A DNA stretch of 30,586 nt from Proteromonas lacertae. Lineage: Eukaryota. This document shows positions 1-12,728 of the stretch, one piece after another. Each line of letters opens with the position of its first letter. Position 1 is the stretch's first letter. Under the pieces are notes generated by a model that was not told where the DNA came from, made no database searches, and saw nothing but the letters and a program-made list of their open reading frames with translations. The DNA is taken from assembly GCA_002245135.1 (NCBI GenBank), contig NGBS01000897.1, positions 62,001 through 92,586 on the forward strand. Direction: 5' to 3'. Position numbers and translations under genes: made by a program.

Positions 1-1164
1 TTACTAATGATGATGAGAATAGAGCAAATAAGTATTTCTTTATGGATATATTTAGTAATGATGAAATTAAACAATGGAAAGAAAAATGTTTACCAACTGA
101 ACTGCAAAAATCAATAGAAAAAAAATGAGTTTAATAGTAGATATGGAAATGTTCCAAGACACATTTATTATGCTTCAATATATGATGTATGTTTTAGAGA
201 TGATTATTGGGATAAAATTTATTTAAAAGGTATAAAAAGAATAGTAGGTAAACTTGGTTATATGAAATTTCTAAAAACATATTTATATCCATGTAAGACA
301 TATGAAGAAAATGAGAATTTAGTAAAAAGAACAACATTTGATAGTACATTATGTCATTATATAGTGAAGTATTCTATTCCATATAAAGACAGAGTGAATG
401 AAATCAAATATTATGATAGAATTAATGAACATGAGATGGAATTCATATCAGATGAAGTATTCGATTATATTTATGATTGTGTTAAACACAAAGCTGTAGA
501 AGCTGATGTTAAGAATATGCAGGAACAATTTAGTGACTTATATCAGAATAAAGTGAAAAATGAATTTATGTTATATTGATTCAAAGAGTTAGTATGGTAT
601 AACTGTTTGTATAATAGAGAGAAGATAACTCTTAATGATAGTGTATTAGTTGAAGAGATTGAAAATAATAAATTAATAGTATTTATGAATCTGTTTTATG
701 GTGATATCTATTGTAGTAATGATAATAAATACTGTTTAGTTCATTTAGCAACATTGAAGAATAGAGAAATGATTTACTTATTGAATAACTGTTTTATTCA
801 TGTAATAAATGATCAACGAGAAGTATTGGATTGTGATAATCAAATAAAGGAATGTATATGTGGATTGCAACAAATGGTGAACTTTAAAAGAATGTATTAT
901 ATTACAGTATCCAATAATAAATCACATAAATCTCTATCTCAATCCTCACCTTTTATATCAAAAGTATTAGTGTCACATTATATTGGTAAAACAACCATCG
1001 AAAATGCAAATATTACCTATTGTAATTCAAAATTTGATGGTTTAGTATATGGAAGTGACTTCAAGATAGAAAAATCAAAAGATGTAACTGTAAAGTTTGA
1101 TATAGATAAGAATAATAAAATGAAAAAGAATTTAAAAAGACTAAAAGCATTTGGATTGGTTTGA
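1..1164 (+). pseudogene. 3' part of a CR (Crinkler/RHS-type) NTPase plus degenerate nuclease gene, A-type module; 5' end outside window
   Basis: Close paralog of ~21630-22761 (MDIFSNDEI, FNSRYGNVPRHIYYASIY, TTFDSTLCHYIVKYSIPYKD, NREMIYLLNNCFIH). One extra A in the A-run 118-125. An in-frame TGA at 577-579 separates ORFs 262 and 607, which share a frame. Confidence 0.8.
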
Positions 1165-1743
1165 ATGAGAAATATCATCATCTTATTTTCAAATATAAAT
1201 TGTTTTGTTTAGGAATTGTTTTTCAGAGATAAGTTACATCAAACCATTACAAGATTTAGCAAATTCATTTATACTCTATTTAAGAAAATATATGAAAAAA
1301 TAATTTATAACACAAATAGAAAAAATGAAAGAAATAAAGGAAAACATTTTATTGTTAATACTAAAACACCATTTTGCGCAACAGCTAATAATAAAAAAAT
1401 GGATGAAAAACAAAATGAATTATTGACAAGCAATGAAGTTAATGTAAAGAAACCTAAATTTGGATGAGAAAATGCTGATTAAGAGAAATAGTAATACTAA
1501 AACATCTTTCGATTGATTATATTTCTTCATACTACTCTTTTTATGTTATTTTCAATTGAAAGGGTTTAATTTTAAAGTAATGGTTAGGTTTAGTATATTG
1601 CAAAACAACAACTTCATTTGCAGCAAATGGATCATTAGAAAAAGAAATAAAAGGCTTGAGAGTTGCAAGCCAAACTTCCAAAGCAGAATTAATTGATTTC
1701 AATACAAGAGAAGATAATAAAATCAATAATAATAATAGTATAT

Positions 1744-2950
1744 TTAATCTTCATCATTATAATCTTCATCTTTATCATCATCTTCATCATCTTCATCTTC
1801 ATCTTCATCACCTATAATTTCACCTTCAGGTTGATTAGACTGTTGTTGGTTAATTAGATCTATAGTTTCATTTTCTTTAACATATTTCAGTAGAAATTCG
1901 AATGTTACACGAATTGTCAATATCTCAGAATTTTCAACTTTAATTTTCTTTTCTTCATTAGATAATGCATTTTGAAGTGTTTGGAATGATGATGGGAAAG
2001 CTTTTAAGGATCTCTGTACAGGTATAGTAGTGACTGGTTTTTCAGGACTTATAAATACTAAATTAGCTTTATTACCATTAACATTACCAATTTGTGAGTC
2101 TAATCTTTTAAGTATTTGTAAAATTTCTGATGAAATTTTATGATGTTGACCTATAGTGATTTGAATTCCAATAGGTCCTACTAAAGCATCAATATCAGGG
2201 AAGTTACTACGATAGCTTAGATCTACGAATGGTATTTTGTTCTCTTGGCAATAAGTTTGAAAATCACCAATAATCTCATTTAAGCGTGAACTATTCTCTA
2301 CATTCTCAACATAACAATCATAATCACCTACACCAAAATAACTATTTATCCTTATTATATTGATTATCACCTTTCTAAAATTATCATTACTCTTCATTAA
2401 AAATGATATAATATTTTCATATAAATGTCCTACCAGACTATCATTTCTGAATTAATATCTAGTAATGATTTCTTTGTCATTATTCCTATCTCTTCAGATA
2501 TAAACTCAAGACCATTCGATTTAGTAATATCATCTTCATATGTTTCATAGATTAATATATTACTATACTCTGTATGATCTTTATCACATTTTGAAAGAGA
2601 AGATATATTAATTCCATTTATAAAATCTTTCATTTTAATATTATCTGTATTATGTAATATCCATCTATTTATATCATCTTTTTCTATTGTGTAATTTCCT
2701 ATTACACCTCCATAATAGTTGTAATTCTTTCTATACAACTTTACTTTTTCATAATATTCTTCTACCTCATTTCTACTAAACTTATCTTCAGTTCTTTGTG
2801 ATATTTTTGTTATATTAATGAAATGTTCATTACTATTTTCAGGCATATTAACATTATATAGAAGAATATTTTCTTCTTTCTTATATTTTGGACGCTTCAA
2901 TTCTATTATTTTTTCTATTTCTTCTTTGGTAAATGGAGGAATATACATTC
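1744..2950 (-). pseudogene. 5'-truncated CR B-type module: NTPase C-terminal part, PD-(D/E)XK-like CR nuclease, acidic tail
   Basis: MYIPPFTKEE matches MYIPQFTKEE of ORF 7921. Adding one base at 2444-2446 fuses ORFs 2430-2948 and 1744-2397 via NDSLVGHLYENII. Nuclease motif SNFPDID..IQITIGQHH present. Confidence 0.8.
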
Positions 2951-3299
2951 ATTTATTATTCATTTTTATTGTAAATAAAACATCATCAATTACATAATTG
3001 ATTAAATGTTCTTTCCATTCTTTATATTCTCTATCTTTATATTCTCATAAAGTATATAGTGAGAATACTTATACCTCATTTTATGCTAATTTACTATTTA
3101 TACTTTTCACTTACTAGAAAACTATTCAAAGATATGTTACATTGTTTTATGTTGTGATTATCTTCATTCTTTCAATTCTTTCTATTATTATATACTATCA
3201 GTTGTAGAAGGTATTTTATATTCATTAGTAAAGAAAGCGGATTATCAAACTGATGAAGGAAGATTAACATCAGTAATAACATCAGTAATAACTCAGCAA

Positions 3300-3814
3300 T
3301 AACAATATTTTGTCTAATAAATTACATATGTTGAAATTGTCATCAAGTTTTCAATAAGATTTATATCATCTATTATTAATCTTTGTAATTATTTTATTGG
3401 TTAAATCGCTAGAATATATTAATATATATGTCTTATTTAACATATTGATATATATATAATACCCTTTAAAAAAATATTAAAGGAAAAAGAAAATATGCTC
3501 AAGCCTTCTTCAAGCCAATATTTTATTTTTTATTTCAAACCATCGTAACACCGATTTTGTTTAATCTTTTCATCAAAGAACTGTTTATTTCAATTTCTTC
3601 CTGTGATATATGCAATAAAAATAATGTTAAATGATAGAAATAATTAAGATGGATATAAAGTGAATATTTATGAATAATTGAACATAACTATTGTATATGA
3701 CTGTTATAAGACAAAATGATTATATATTCATGCATAGCGTAATGACATTAACAATAATATTATATTAGATCTAAATATAAACAATTACTTCCTTTATCGC
3801 GCACGACAACAACA
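3300..3814. mobile_element. TG..CA-type MITE, family 2, copy retaining only the right terminus
   Basis: ~500 bp near-identical to ~9325-9823. Ends ATTACTTCCTTTATCGCGCACGACAACA(ACA), the inverse of the left-end motifs at 9197-9265 (TGTTGT..GCGATAAAGGAAGTAAT). Confidence 0.75.
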
Positions 3815-4468
3815 CCATCATTTGTTATCGTATTAAATAAATTTCTTGATATTTCTGGATTGTTTATTCTCCCAATTACTGTTTAGCTGAAGTTATGACA
3901 ACTGATTACATGTCCTTTAATAGCTTTTCCATTTGACGACAAGCACTTGTATCGTTTGGAGCACAGACAGCAATACACACTGATCTGTACCCCTAATTTT
4001 AAAAAAATAAGACCAATAGCTCTTGGTATACTTGAAATCGAGACAACATAGGCTATCTTTCATATTGGAGATTTTGGAGATTCCCTATACATAATAGATT
4101 TATATTATACATTCTTATTGTTTTCAAAGAAAATGAAAATGGTTTGACAAGCCAAAATGATTTTTTAAAAGTTTAAATTCATTGTTACATATTTAATATA
4201 TTCAAATATACTATTGTAAGTATTTATTTAGCAATAAATAACTAAAACATATTTTCAACAAAAAAAAGATAAATTGACCAATGGTCAAAATGGTTTTTTT
4301 TTAAAAATATATATATTGGTTAAAAAATAGTTTATATGATAGATTTTAAGAAAGAAATCACCCTGTATGTAGAAGGTCAAGTAATAGCACCTAAAGGTCA
4401 CTGAACGGTCAATGACCAATAGACCAGCAATTCAACCAACTGGTCATTGACCATTTTATACATCACTG
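3815..4468 (-). mobile_element. hAT transposon 5' end with BED zinc-finger start of transposase (decayed)
   Basis: Terminus reads CAGTGATGTATAAAATGGTC from 4468 on the minus strand. Clustered GGTC/GACC subterminal motifs at ~4375-4455. 4084-3815 translates KSYWSYFFK / SVYCCLCSKRYKCLSSNGKAIKGHVISCH (BED W..F, CxxC, HxxxxH) with one frameshift and one stop. Confidence 0.75.
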
Positions 4469-5064
4469 GTAATAACTTCAATAAGAGAATCAACACTAGT
4501 AAATACACTATAATTTGTTGACAACTCCAATCTTCCATCTCCAAAATCTGTATTTAAAACGAAGAGAAGGTTTAGGTTATAGTAATTAAATTTGTATTTC
4601 ATAAGACTAGTTGTGAAAGTAGTGGTTTTATTAATGGTGATTTGATTTGTAACTATTACAGTTGGTGAATAAAAATTCATCTGAGAAAGAACATAAGACT
4701 TTGTCAAACTTATCTCAATATTGAAGCATTGATCAGACTATTCTAAAAAATGTTATATTATTTTATATTGTGATAATTATTTCATTCTTTCTATTTCTTA
4801 TTCTTTGTAACTATAGATAATTGCATATTTAATGTTATTCTTCACACACTATCTAACAAAATGCTGTTATAACTATAGTTTATTAAAATATACTACATCT
4901 CGTTATATATAATGAGATAATTAAAATACAAAAAATAAAGCAATTTTATTGGTTACACTTGGAGTGATTTGATTGGCTGTTTCATTCAATTTATTTTATG
5001 TTTTTATTTCATCTGTTAGTCAAATTGATGTATTTATTATTATTTATTCTTATTAATTAGATAA

Positions 5065-8000
5065 ATGACTGATTTAATAAGCTATTTGAAGCAACACAAG
5101 AAGAATTATTGTATATACCATGAACAAGTTAAAGCTGGAGAGTATTTAATTAAAATTAAAATTGATTGTGAAGTTGATAAATTTATCATTGGCTTTTCCA
5201 AATGTGAAAATATGGTATCTTGTGATAAAGTGGTAATAATTACCAAAAAACCATTGTCATTAAAAGGAAATAATGTAATTGAAGTTGTGGACACGGAAAT
5301 GAAAGTGAATAAGATGTATGACATAATTTATAACATGGATAAGAGGGAAATGTTAATTGAATTAGGAGATATAGATGAAGAGGTGTGCTTAAATGAATTA
5401 CCAGCTTCAATTTACCCATTAATTGCTTGGTTTAATGAAGGTGAAAAGATTCAGATAGTGGAAACTTACTATAGATGTGTAAGGAAAGCAGAAAGTTTAA
5501 TTATTGGTATAACAAAGAAACCAAGAACAGAAAGTGAAGATATCAAAGAATATGTAAAACAAACGATTGATTATCTGTTAGATGTATTAAAGAATAAGAA
5601 GGAATGTAATACTGATGAAATAAAGAATAATATAAGTTCAAAATTTAAATTAGATAAAAAGATAAAAAAATATTTAGCCAAAAGTGATGTAAGTGATTTG
5701 ATAATATTATTAAAATACTTACTAGTTGAAAATGAAGATTATCTAAATCCTCCCGATAGTTTTGTGAGAATAGTGAATAATTTGAAAATAGTTGATCGTA
5801 ATAAACTCGTTATAGATGAAGATGGTATGTTTGTTGAAAATCATGAAATTAAGAAATATTTAGATTTTACAGAAGCAAATGTACAAGTTTTCCAATTCCC
5901 CAAGAATTTAATTTATATAAGAGATTGTTACTATACAATGTTTAGTGATATATGTAAACTTATTACAGATATAGGCGATAATTCCAACATAATCATTACA
6001 GGTCAGCCAGGTATTGGCAAAACCTCTTTTATATATGTGCTTTTATTCTTTCTTAAGAATAATTTATCATATCAATTTAATCCAAAAGAAGCAAATTATT
6101 TGAAGAGAGAATATTTGAAAGAAGAAATGAATAATATTAGAGGTTTCCTGAATGAATTCAATAATGAAAAGGCAAAAGAAAAACAACCATTACAGTCTGA
6201 AAAAGAAGAACTTGAAAATAAAATAAAACATAGTGATGAAAAGATTAATGGTTATTATAAAGATATTGAAAAAGAGATTGATAGATATAAAACAATAGGT
6301 AAAGATAGTGATGAAGATTTATACACTAAAGAAGAAAAAAGTAGTAAATATATATTAAAAATATTTGATAAAGAAATAGTAATTATAGGAAATAATAAAG
6401 CAGTAATGGATAGTAGAGGGAGGTATGGTTTAAACATTGAAAAAGTAAATAAGAAACTTACAGATGAAAATATATTTCCATTATTAGAGGTATTTGAATC
6501 TGAGAATAGTATTATATGTAAAAGAGTAATAACTGATAGAATATTAGTTAGATGTGATAATATAGACAGTGAGAAAACATCAAAAAGTATATATGAAAAC
6601 AGAATAATAGAAATTGAAAATAAAATTAAAATAATTGAAGATAGATATAATGATATGAAAACAGATTTGCCAAAGAAATTAAAAGAAATAGAGGATAATG
6701 TTGATAAAATTAAAGATGTATCTGAAGTAGATATAAATGCTTTAGGTGTTGGATTTAATTACTATATTTTCGAAGCATGTAAAAAGATAAAAAATATATA
6801 CTTTATTAAAGGCAAGAAAGATGGAAATGCAGATGAAACTAGAATCTACAAATTAGAAAATGTTGATGGGAATTTTATTCTATTTAAAAGTGCTATTGCA
6901 CCAGGTTATATTCATGATTCATTGATAATAGTTGATACTCATAATTATAAGTTTGATGGAAGTAATATAATAATTTCAATCAGTTCCCCTGACAAAAATA
7001 ATAATGATGTATATAATATCAATAATAGTGAAGAATTATTTTTTGATTCTTTAGATAATACAGAAATAGTGGAATGGTTTAAACATTGTGTTGGTTTTAA
7101 TGTTAATGTTGATGGTAATGAATTTAAAGGAATATGTAAAAAGTATGGTTATACACCTAGACAAATATATTACCATTATTTATATAAAGAAAACCATAAT
7201 GGTGATTATTGGGAATATTATAAACAGTTGATAGAAAGTGTAGTAGGAACAACAAGTTATATTCAGTTTGTAGAAAATTATATGAAACAAGAAAAATTAA
7301 AAGAAAACCAATTATCTAACATAATATTAAAATATGATTTAGTGTCAGAATGGGATGATGAAGTTAAACATAAAATATTAAAACCAAAGAAATATTTAAA
7401 ATTCATTTCTGAAGATGTAGAAAGATATATAGTTTATAAATTTAATCCACCTCAAAATAAAGAAGAATATCAACAGATAGAAAAATATTATTCATTAAGT
7501 AAAGATGATGTAAATATGAGAAGAATGGGATTAAAACAGATTATGACATATGAATTAAGTACTGGTATGATAATGTTGAAATATCAAGATTCTAGTGGAA
7601 GTGATATTATTATTAAAGATCCTAATTTCAAAATCAATTCTGAATTATATATTCCAGCTTATCATCCTCCAAAAGCATTACATTCAGTGTTTTATATATT
7701 AGATGAAAATAATTACTTTGATTTGATAATGAATGGAGTGTTTATAAAAATATTATTAGATAATGAAGGTTATAATAAAGTAGAAAAAATAGAAAAGATA
7801 AAAGAATCTATCAAAGTATGAATATTATATATATATATAATAAAATAGAAATATAGCAAAAAGAAAAATTGTGTATTTAAGTGTTGTATAATACAAAATA
7901 ATAAATTATATCCATTTGATATGGATATGAGAGATTTATCACAAGTAGTTGTAGAAGGTGAAGGAGAAGAAGTAGAAGATGATGAACAGTTACAACAACA

Positions 8001-8916
8001 AGAACAACAGCTATTATTACCTCAACCAACAGTTGATCCAAATATGAAAGTATATATAAAAAGTAACAGTATTTATTTGATGAGAGATTGTTATGAAAGA
8101 ATGTTAAACAGAATTATTTCTGATATTAATAATCCACAATATAATCATCAAAGAAATTATTTAATATTTGGACATGCAAAAATAGGTAAAACAATATTAG
8201 CTAATATAATTAAAGAAAAAATTATAATTAATTGTCCTAATGTTGATGTTATACATCTATTTGATATTGGAAAACCTTCACTACAAGATGAAGATTATGA
8301 TAATAAAAGAAATCCAATTGTAATATCTGATGGAATTGTTATTGGTGAAGATGATTATGCTAATGCAAAAATGATAATATTATTAGCTAATCCATCTAAA
8401 GAAGAGTATAAAACTTTTCAAAGTAAAAGATGTCCATCAATAATGTATATTCCTCAATTTACAAAAGAAGAAGTAGAGAAAGTGGTAAGTCTAAGAGATC
8501 CTACACTAGACAAAAGTCATAATGGATTTACAATGTATGGAAGTGTAACAAAAATTGAAGAGGATAGAATTAACAATTATAAAAAAATGATTAATAAATA
8601 TAAAATGAAATATCCAATTTATAAAGGTGTTATAGGATATTATGACCAAAAAGAAGAGAATTTTGAAATTGATTTTAGATCTACAATTGGTAAAGAAGAA
8701 AATAAGAGAATGATATGGGAGATAATAAAAGGAATAGATAAATCTCCATTTTCTAAAGGCAAATATGATAATATATTGATATATGATACATATGAAGATG
8801 GAAATGGTATTTTTAAATCCAATCATCTTACATTCATATCTGAAGAAATAAAAAAGATGGCATGTGAAATACTTTATGAAATAAATGATAAAGGAAGTAT
8901 AGTAGGATTGTTGTAG
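5065..8916 (+). CDS. Tandem CR effector: SPRY-like header, NTPase A, degenerate nuclease, NTPase B (3' nuclease lost)
   Basis: A phase-0 33-nt intron at 7816-7848 (GTATGA..AATAG) joins ORFs 5065 and 7921 in frame. Two YxRDCY motifs, Walker A GQPGIGKT (6001) and GHAKIGKT (8170), Walker B-like LIIVD / IVISD, SSP/ANP sensor-like motifs. Stops at VGLL*, where the paralog continues VGHLYE into the nuclease. Confidence 0.8.
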
Positions 8917-9040
8917 TTTAATAACTACTTCAATTTGTACAGATCAGACATATTTAGTAACAGCAACTGGGTTTATAGTGGAAGGAGAAGAAAACTATAA
9001 ACATGGACGAATCTTGGTTATATCATATGATATTGCTTAA
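8912..9040 (+). pseudogene. Fragment of a DDB1/CPSF160/SF3B3-family beta-propeller gene (most like DDB1)
   Basis: Translates CSLITTSICTDQTYLVTATGFIVEGEENYKHGRILVISYD, resembling the DDB1 segment [33 protein letters not shown]. Confidence 0.55.
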
Positions 9041-9196
9041 TTTCATAAACATTTATATTTTCTTTATTATCTATCAATATCGACAATATTAATAATTTTA
9101 TGTGTATTATTATTCAAAATAAACACTAAAAGCATATTCTTTTAATCTATTTTAGTCTCTACTAGAGAATGAAACACTTAATACAAAACCTTCAGC

Positions 9197-9823
9197 TGTT
9201 GTGCGCCGTTGATCGTAAAGAAGACTTGTGCGTGATAAAGAAATTTGGGCGATAAAGGAAGTAATAAGTTTCCATTAAAGTGAAAATGTTAATACATATT
9301 AAGAAGGCCGAGTGAAAATAAATATAACATTATTTTGCCTAATAAATTACATATGTTGAAATATCAACAAGTTTTCAATAAGATTTATATCATCTTTTAT
9401 TAATCTTTGTAATTATTTTTTTATTTAAATCGCTAGAATATATTAACATATATGTCTTATTTAACATATTGATGTATATATAGCACCCTTTAAAAAAATA
9501 TTAAAGAAAAAAAGAAAATACGTTCAACCCTTTTTCATGCCAATATTTTAATTGTTATTTTAAACCATCGTAACACCGATTTTGTTTAATCTTATCATCA
9601 AAGAACTATTTATTTCAATTTCTTCCAGTAATATATGCAATAAAAATAATGTTAAATGATAGAAATAAGTAAGATGGAAATGTTGTGAATATTTATGAAT
9701 AATTGAACATAACTATTGTATATGACTGTTTTAAGACAAAATAATTATATATTCATGCATAGCATAATAACATTAACAATAATACTATATTAGATCTAAA
9801 TATAAACAATTACTTCCTTTATC
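9197..9823. mobile_element. TG..CA-type MITE, family 2, left terminus intact, right tip deleted
   Basis: Begins TGTTGTGCGCCGTTG. GATAAAGGAAGTAAT (~9250-9264) is inverted at ~9809-9823. Body is shared with 3300-3798. Confidence 0.75.
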
Positions 9824-10790
9824 TCTCAACTAATTCATACTTTAATCTCATAATGTTAATAATAGTTGTTGTACGCCGTTGGGAGATTTGCGCCGTTGGG
9901 AGATAAAAGGGTTTTAGATTACGTTGAAGTTATATACGTAACCATGAGCCCCTAAATATTACAGATATACACTTAGTTATTCAAAAAAGTTACGTTGGCT
10001 GTATATCGTATAGTTCTGGTTAATCAGTTATATATCCAACATTGTATATTTATACTTCATATTAAACGTCAATAGCAATAGCAGAAAACGAAATTAAAGT
10101 TTTTAGATGAATAGAAAATAATAATTATAATTTCTTTATACATAATATTGAAATTGAAAAAGTAGGCTTGAAAGAGGCTTGAACTGGATTTTTATTTTTC
10201 CATTTTTAATTGCCTTAACATCAATTTTTTCATATCTTATTCATCTCAGCTTATGTATTTCTGTCTGTAGTAACGATTGAAACAAAAAAATATTGAATGA
10301 AGTAAAATGCGTTTCATATATACAAGGCGGAAGCTTAAAAAAAATATATGGCAGATGTAGTTTATATGCCAAAGTAAGATTATTTTTGATTATAACTCAC
10401 TACCAAACCCTCTACTGTCGAATTAGTTTTTAATAAAACCCTTTTATCTCCCAACGGCGCAAATCTCCCACCAAAGTACAACAATAGTATCCAAGTTTAA
10501 TTTGTTTCTCCTGTATGAATGTATTACGCTTTCGATGGAGAAACTTCTCTCAATAAAAGCGCTTGAACATGGCATTCTGTTTTCAAAAATGTATATTTCT
10601 GCAACCAAATTTCTGTCACAAATATCAGAGAAATTATCTATAATGAATCTCTTTGCGTAATCATTTTTATCTCCATGTTTGAATTTATAGTTTACATTTA
10701 AATATTGTCTTATCAATAATATATCCAAATTCGCTAATTCCAATTGTTTGGGTGAAGTTTGGGCTTAGACACGTGTTCAAAATTTGAACT
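9824..10790 (-). pseudogene. hAT transposase C-terminal dimerisation-domain remnant (family B), split by a MITE
   Basis: PCSSAFIERSFSIESVIHSYRRNKL is the hAT dimerisation motif. 9824-9866 plus 10489-10540 are colinear with the uninterrupted copy at ~24675-24770. Confidence 0.8.
9867..10483. mobile_element. Complete 617-bp MITE (family 1) with ~50-bp TIRs, TG..CA ends and 5-bp TSD
   Basis: Left TIR TGTTGTACGCCGTTGGGAGATTTGCGCCGTTGGGAGATAAAAGGGTTTTA; right TIR TAAAACCCTTTTATCTCCCAACGGCGCAAATCTCCCACCAAAGTACAACA. ATAGT is duplicated at 9862-9866 and 10484-10488. Confidence 0.92.
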
Positions 10791-11989
10791 AGCCTAATCT
10801 AGTTAGAGTTTGACTCTAATATTTTATATTACTTGACTATAATTGCTTAATTAAGAGATTCTGAGAAGATGGTAGGGATACCACAACTTTTTTTTGGTCT
10901 AATTTCACGATCTTTTAATGATTTGAGCATTTTTGATCCCAACCTATTGTACATAATAACTGTACACAGGATCTCCAGTTTTTTATTAAATATCTTACTA
11001 TTAAATGAGAATGCTCAAAATATAATGTGTGATAACACAAGCTCGGCTTGAATATTTTTTTATATTTTATAAAATTTGAGCACCTGCCTCCTATAGGAAG
11101 CTAGGGCTTATTTTTGTTAATTAATTAATAAATACTATTATTTTTTATACTGTTTGACTTATTTACTATCTGAATAACTATCTTAAGCTCTATTTCAATC
11201 GTTTATCCAATAAAAACAATTTAACTAAGTCATTAAGACATATTTATTTATAACTATCTGATAATTGAACCTTTTTCTTAAAAACAAATCATTCAACTAA
11301 ATTTTGGCAATCTTGTATCTATTCGAGGAAGTCAACATATTTTACATTTACATAGCTTCTATTATTGTTAAATTATCACCTTCTTGAACATAATTTACTT
11401 ACATTTATTAAACTACTAGCCATTGGATAAGTTAAGAATTTAGAATCATCTACTTCTCGTTTTATAATCATGAATTTTGATAATTTGCTTTCTAAAGCAT
11501 TTCTTATACCTACAACGAAGTTATCTCTATTGAATTGTAATTGATATACTTCTACTAATCTTTTCATATATTATAAAGCTACTTCTTTTACAACCATTCT
11601 TTAAAATTTCTCAGGTGTAAGAAGACCTTTATCATTTGTAATTGTGATCTTATTAGCTTTACCAATACTCTCTTTTACAACACTTACATTCAAAGTATTA
11701 TTAGTTATTATATATTGTCATAGATTCTTCACCTTCAAACACTTGAATTAACACATCGAGTTGTTAATCACTGTATGTACTAAATACTTGAGTATTATTA
11801 ACTGAAATTTTGATATTAATTGTAATTAATTAACTTCTATTAATCCTTTCATATATTCATAAGCTAATTCTTCAACTTTGTATAACTTTTACTTTGTTAA
11901 ATCATCTCTTCTAAAAAACCTTTTTAAATCACTATAATTTCTTTTCTGTTCAATAAACAAGTCTCAATTATTACTTTAACAAGCACACA

Positions 11990-12635
11990 TTCCTATATTA
12001 TAGTGAAATTCCCATTGCCCAAATATCACTCAATGGACTTATACTACCTGTTTTAATTGATTTGTTTAATATTTTTATTGAATATTGATTCTTTGATGGA
12101 TCTTCACATAATTCAACTAATTTCTTTATTATTTTATATTGATTGATATGTCCATTACCACTTTGATCTACTTGTAACTTTAATAAATTAGTTTGCTCCA
12201 TAGGCTTATCGATTGTTACATGACGTTTTAATTTTGCATGAATATTTTCACTTATATCACAAGTATTGTACTATACTTTTTGACATTTTTTCGAGCTTCT
12301 CTTTCATGAGAGGTTGTGGAATTTCGAGGTGATTCGTTTGTAAGCCAATCATAAACTTCAGGATTATCACACTCTTCAGAACAATAAGATATACCAACTG
12401 ATCCTATTGATTGATGTGTATGCCTACCACCTACAACAGATTGACCAATTGGTCTAACTGAAGGTTTTATTATATTATTAGATGACAATGGTTGGTTTCG
12501 AGATGAATTCTGTTGACTTCCACCATTTTGGTTTTTAAAAGCTTTTTCATGTATATTTAACTTCACTGTTTTTATTTCTACCTCAGATTCAAAAATATTT
12601 GGAACTACTACAGGGCTAGAACCCGTACATCCCGT
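11990..12635 (-). pseudogene. CaMKK/GRIK-like Ser/Thr kinase pseudogene with large internal deletions
   Basis: EQTNLLKLQVDQSGNGHINQYKIIKKL (pre-kinase segment), no GxGxxG, YSIKILNKS (subdomain II), DIWAMGISL (subdomain IX). N-terminus (ACG)GCTGS suggests a mutated MGCxxS start at 12635. Confidence 0.65.
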
Positions 12636-12728
12636 TATTTTCTTTCCAGAATTTTAAATTCAAGAAATATTAATAAACAAAGTGGTAAAAAGTTTGAAGG
12701 CTTGTTATCTTTATGAAAGATTTTTAAT

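Noticed and set aside
577..579. Genome-wide UGA=Trp recoding
   Set aside because: TGG is used for Trp, TGA terminates several genes (1164, 16048, 28665), and this codon aligns to Leu in the paralog.
1195..1212. TGTTTTGTTT (and GTTTTGTT at ~16060) as a Blastocystis-type TGTTTGTT polyadenylation motif
   Set aside because: Imperfect match, absent after several other stops, and expected by chance in T-rich DNA.
1216..1740. ORFs 1216-1467 and 1541-1726
   Set aside because: Non-ATG starts and no recognisable family; at most decayed fragments.
4456..4707. 83-aa minus-strand ORF
   Set aside because: Last codons come from the hAT terminus; the remainder is unassignable.
10869..11051. 60-aa plus-strand ORF
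   Set aside because: Lies in decayed sequence next to the hAT remnant; no supportable product.
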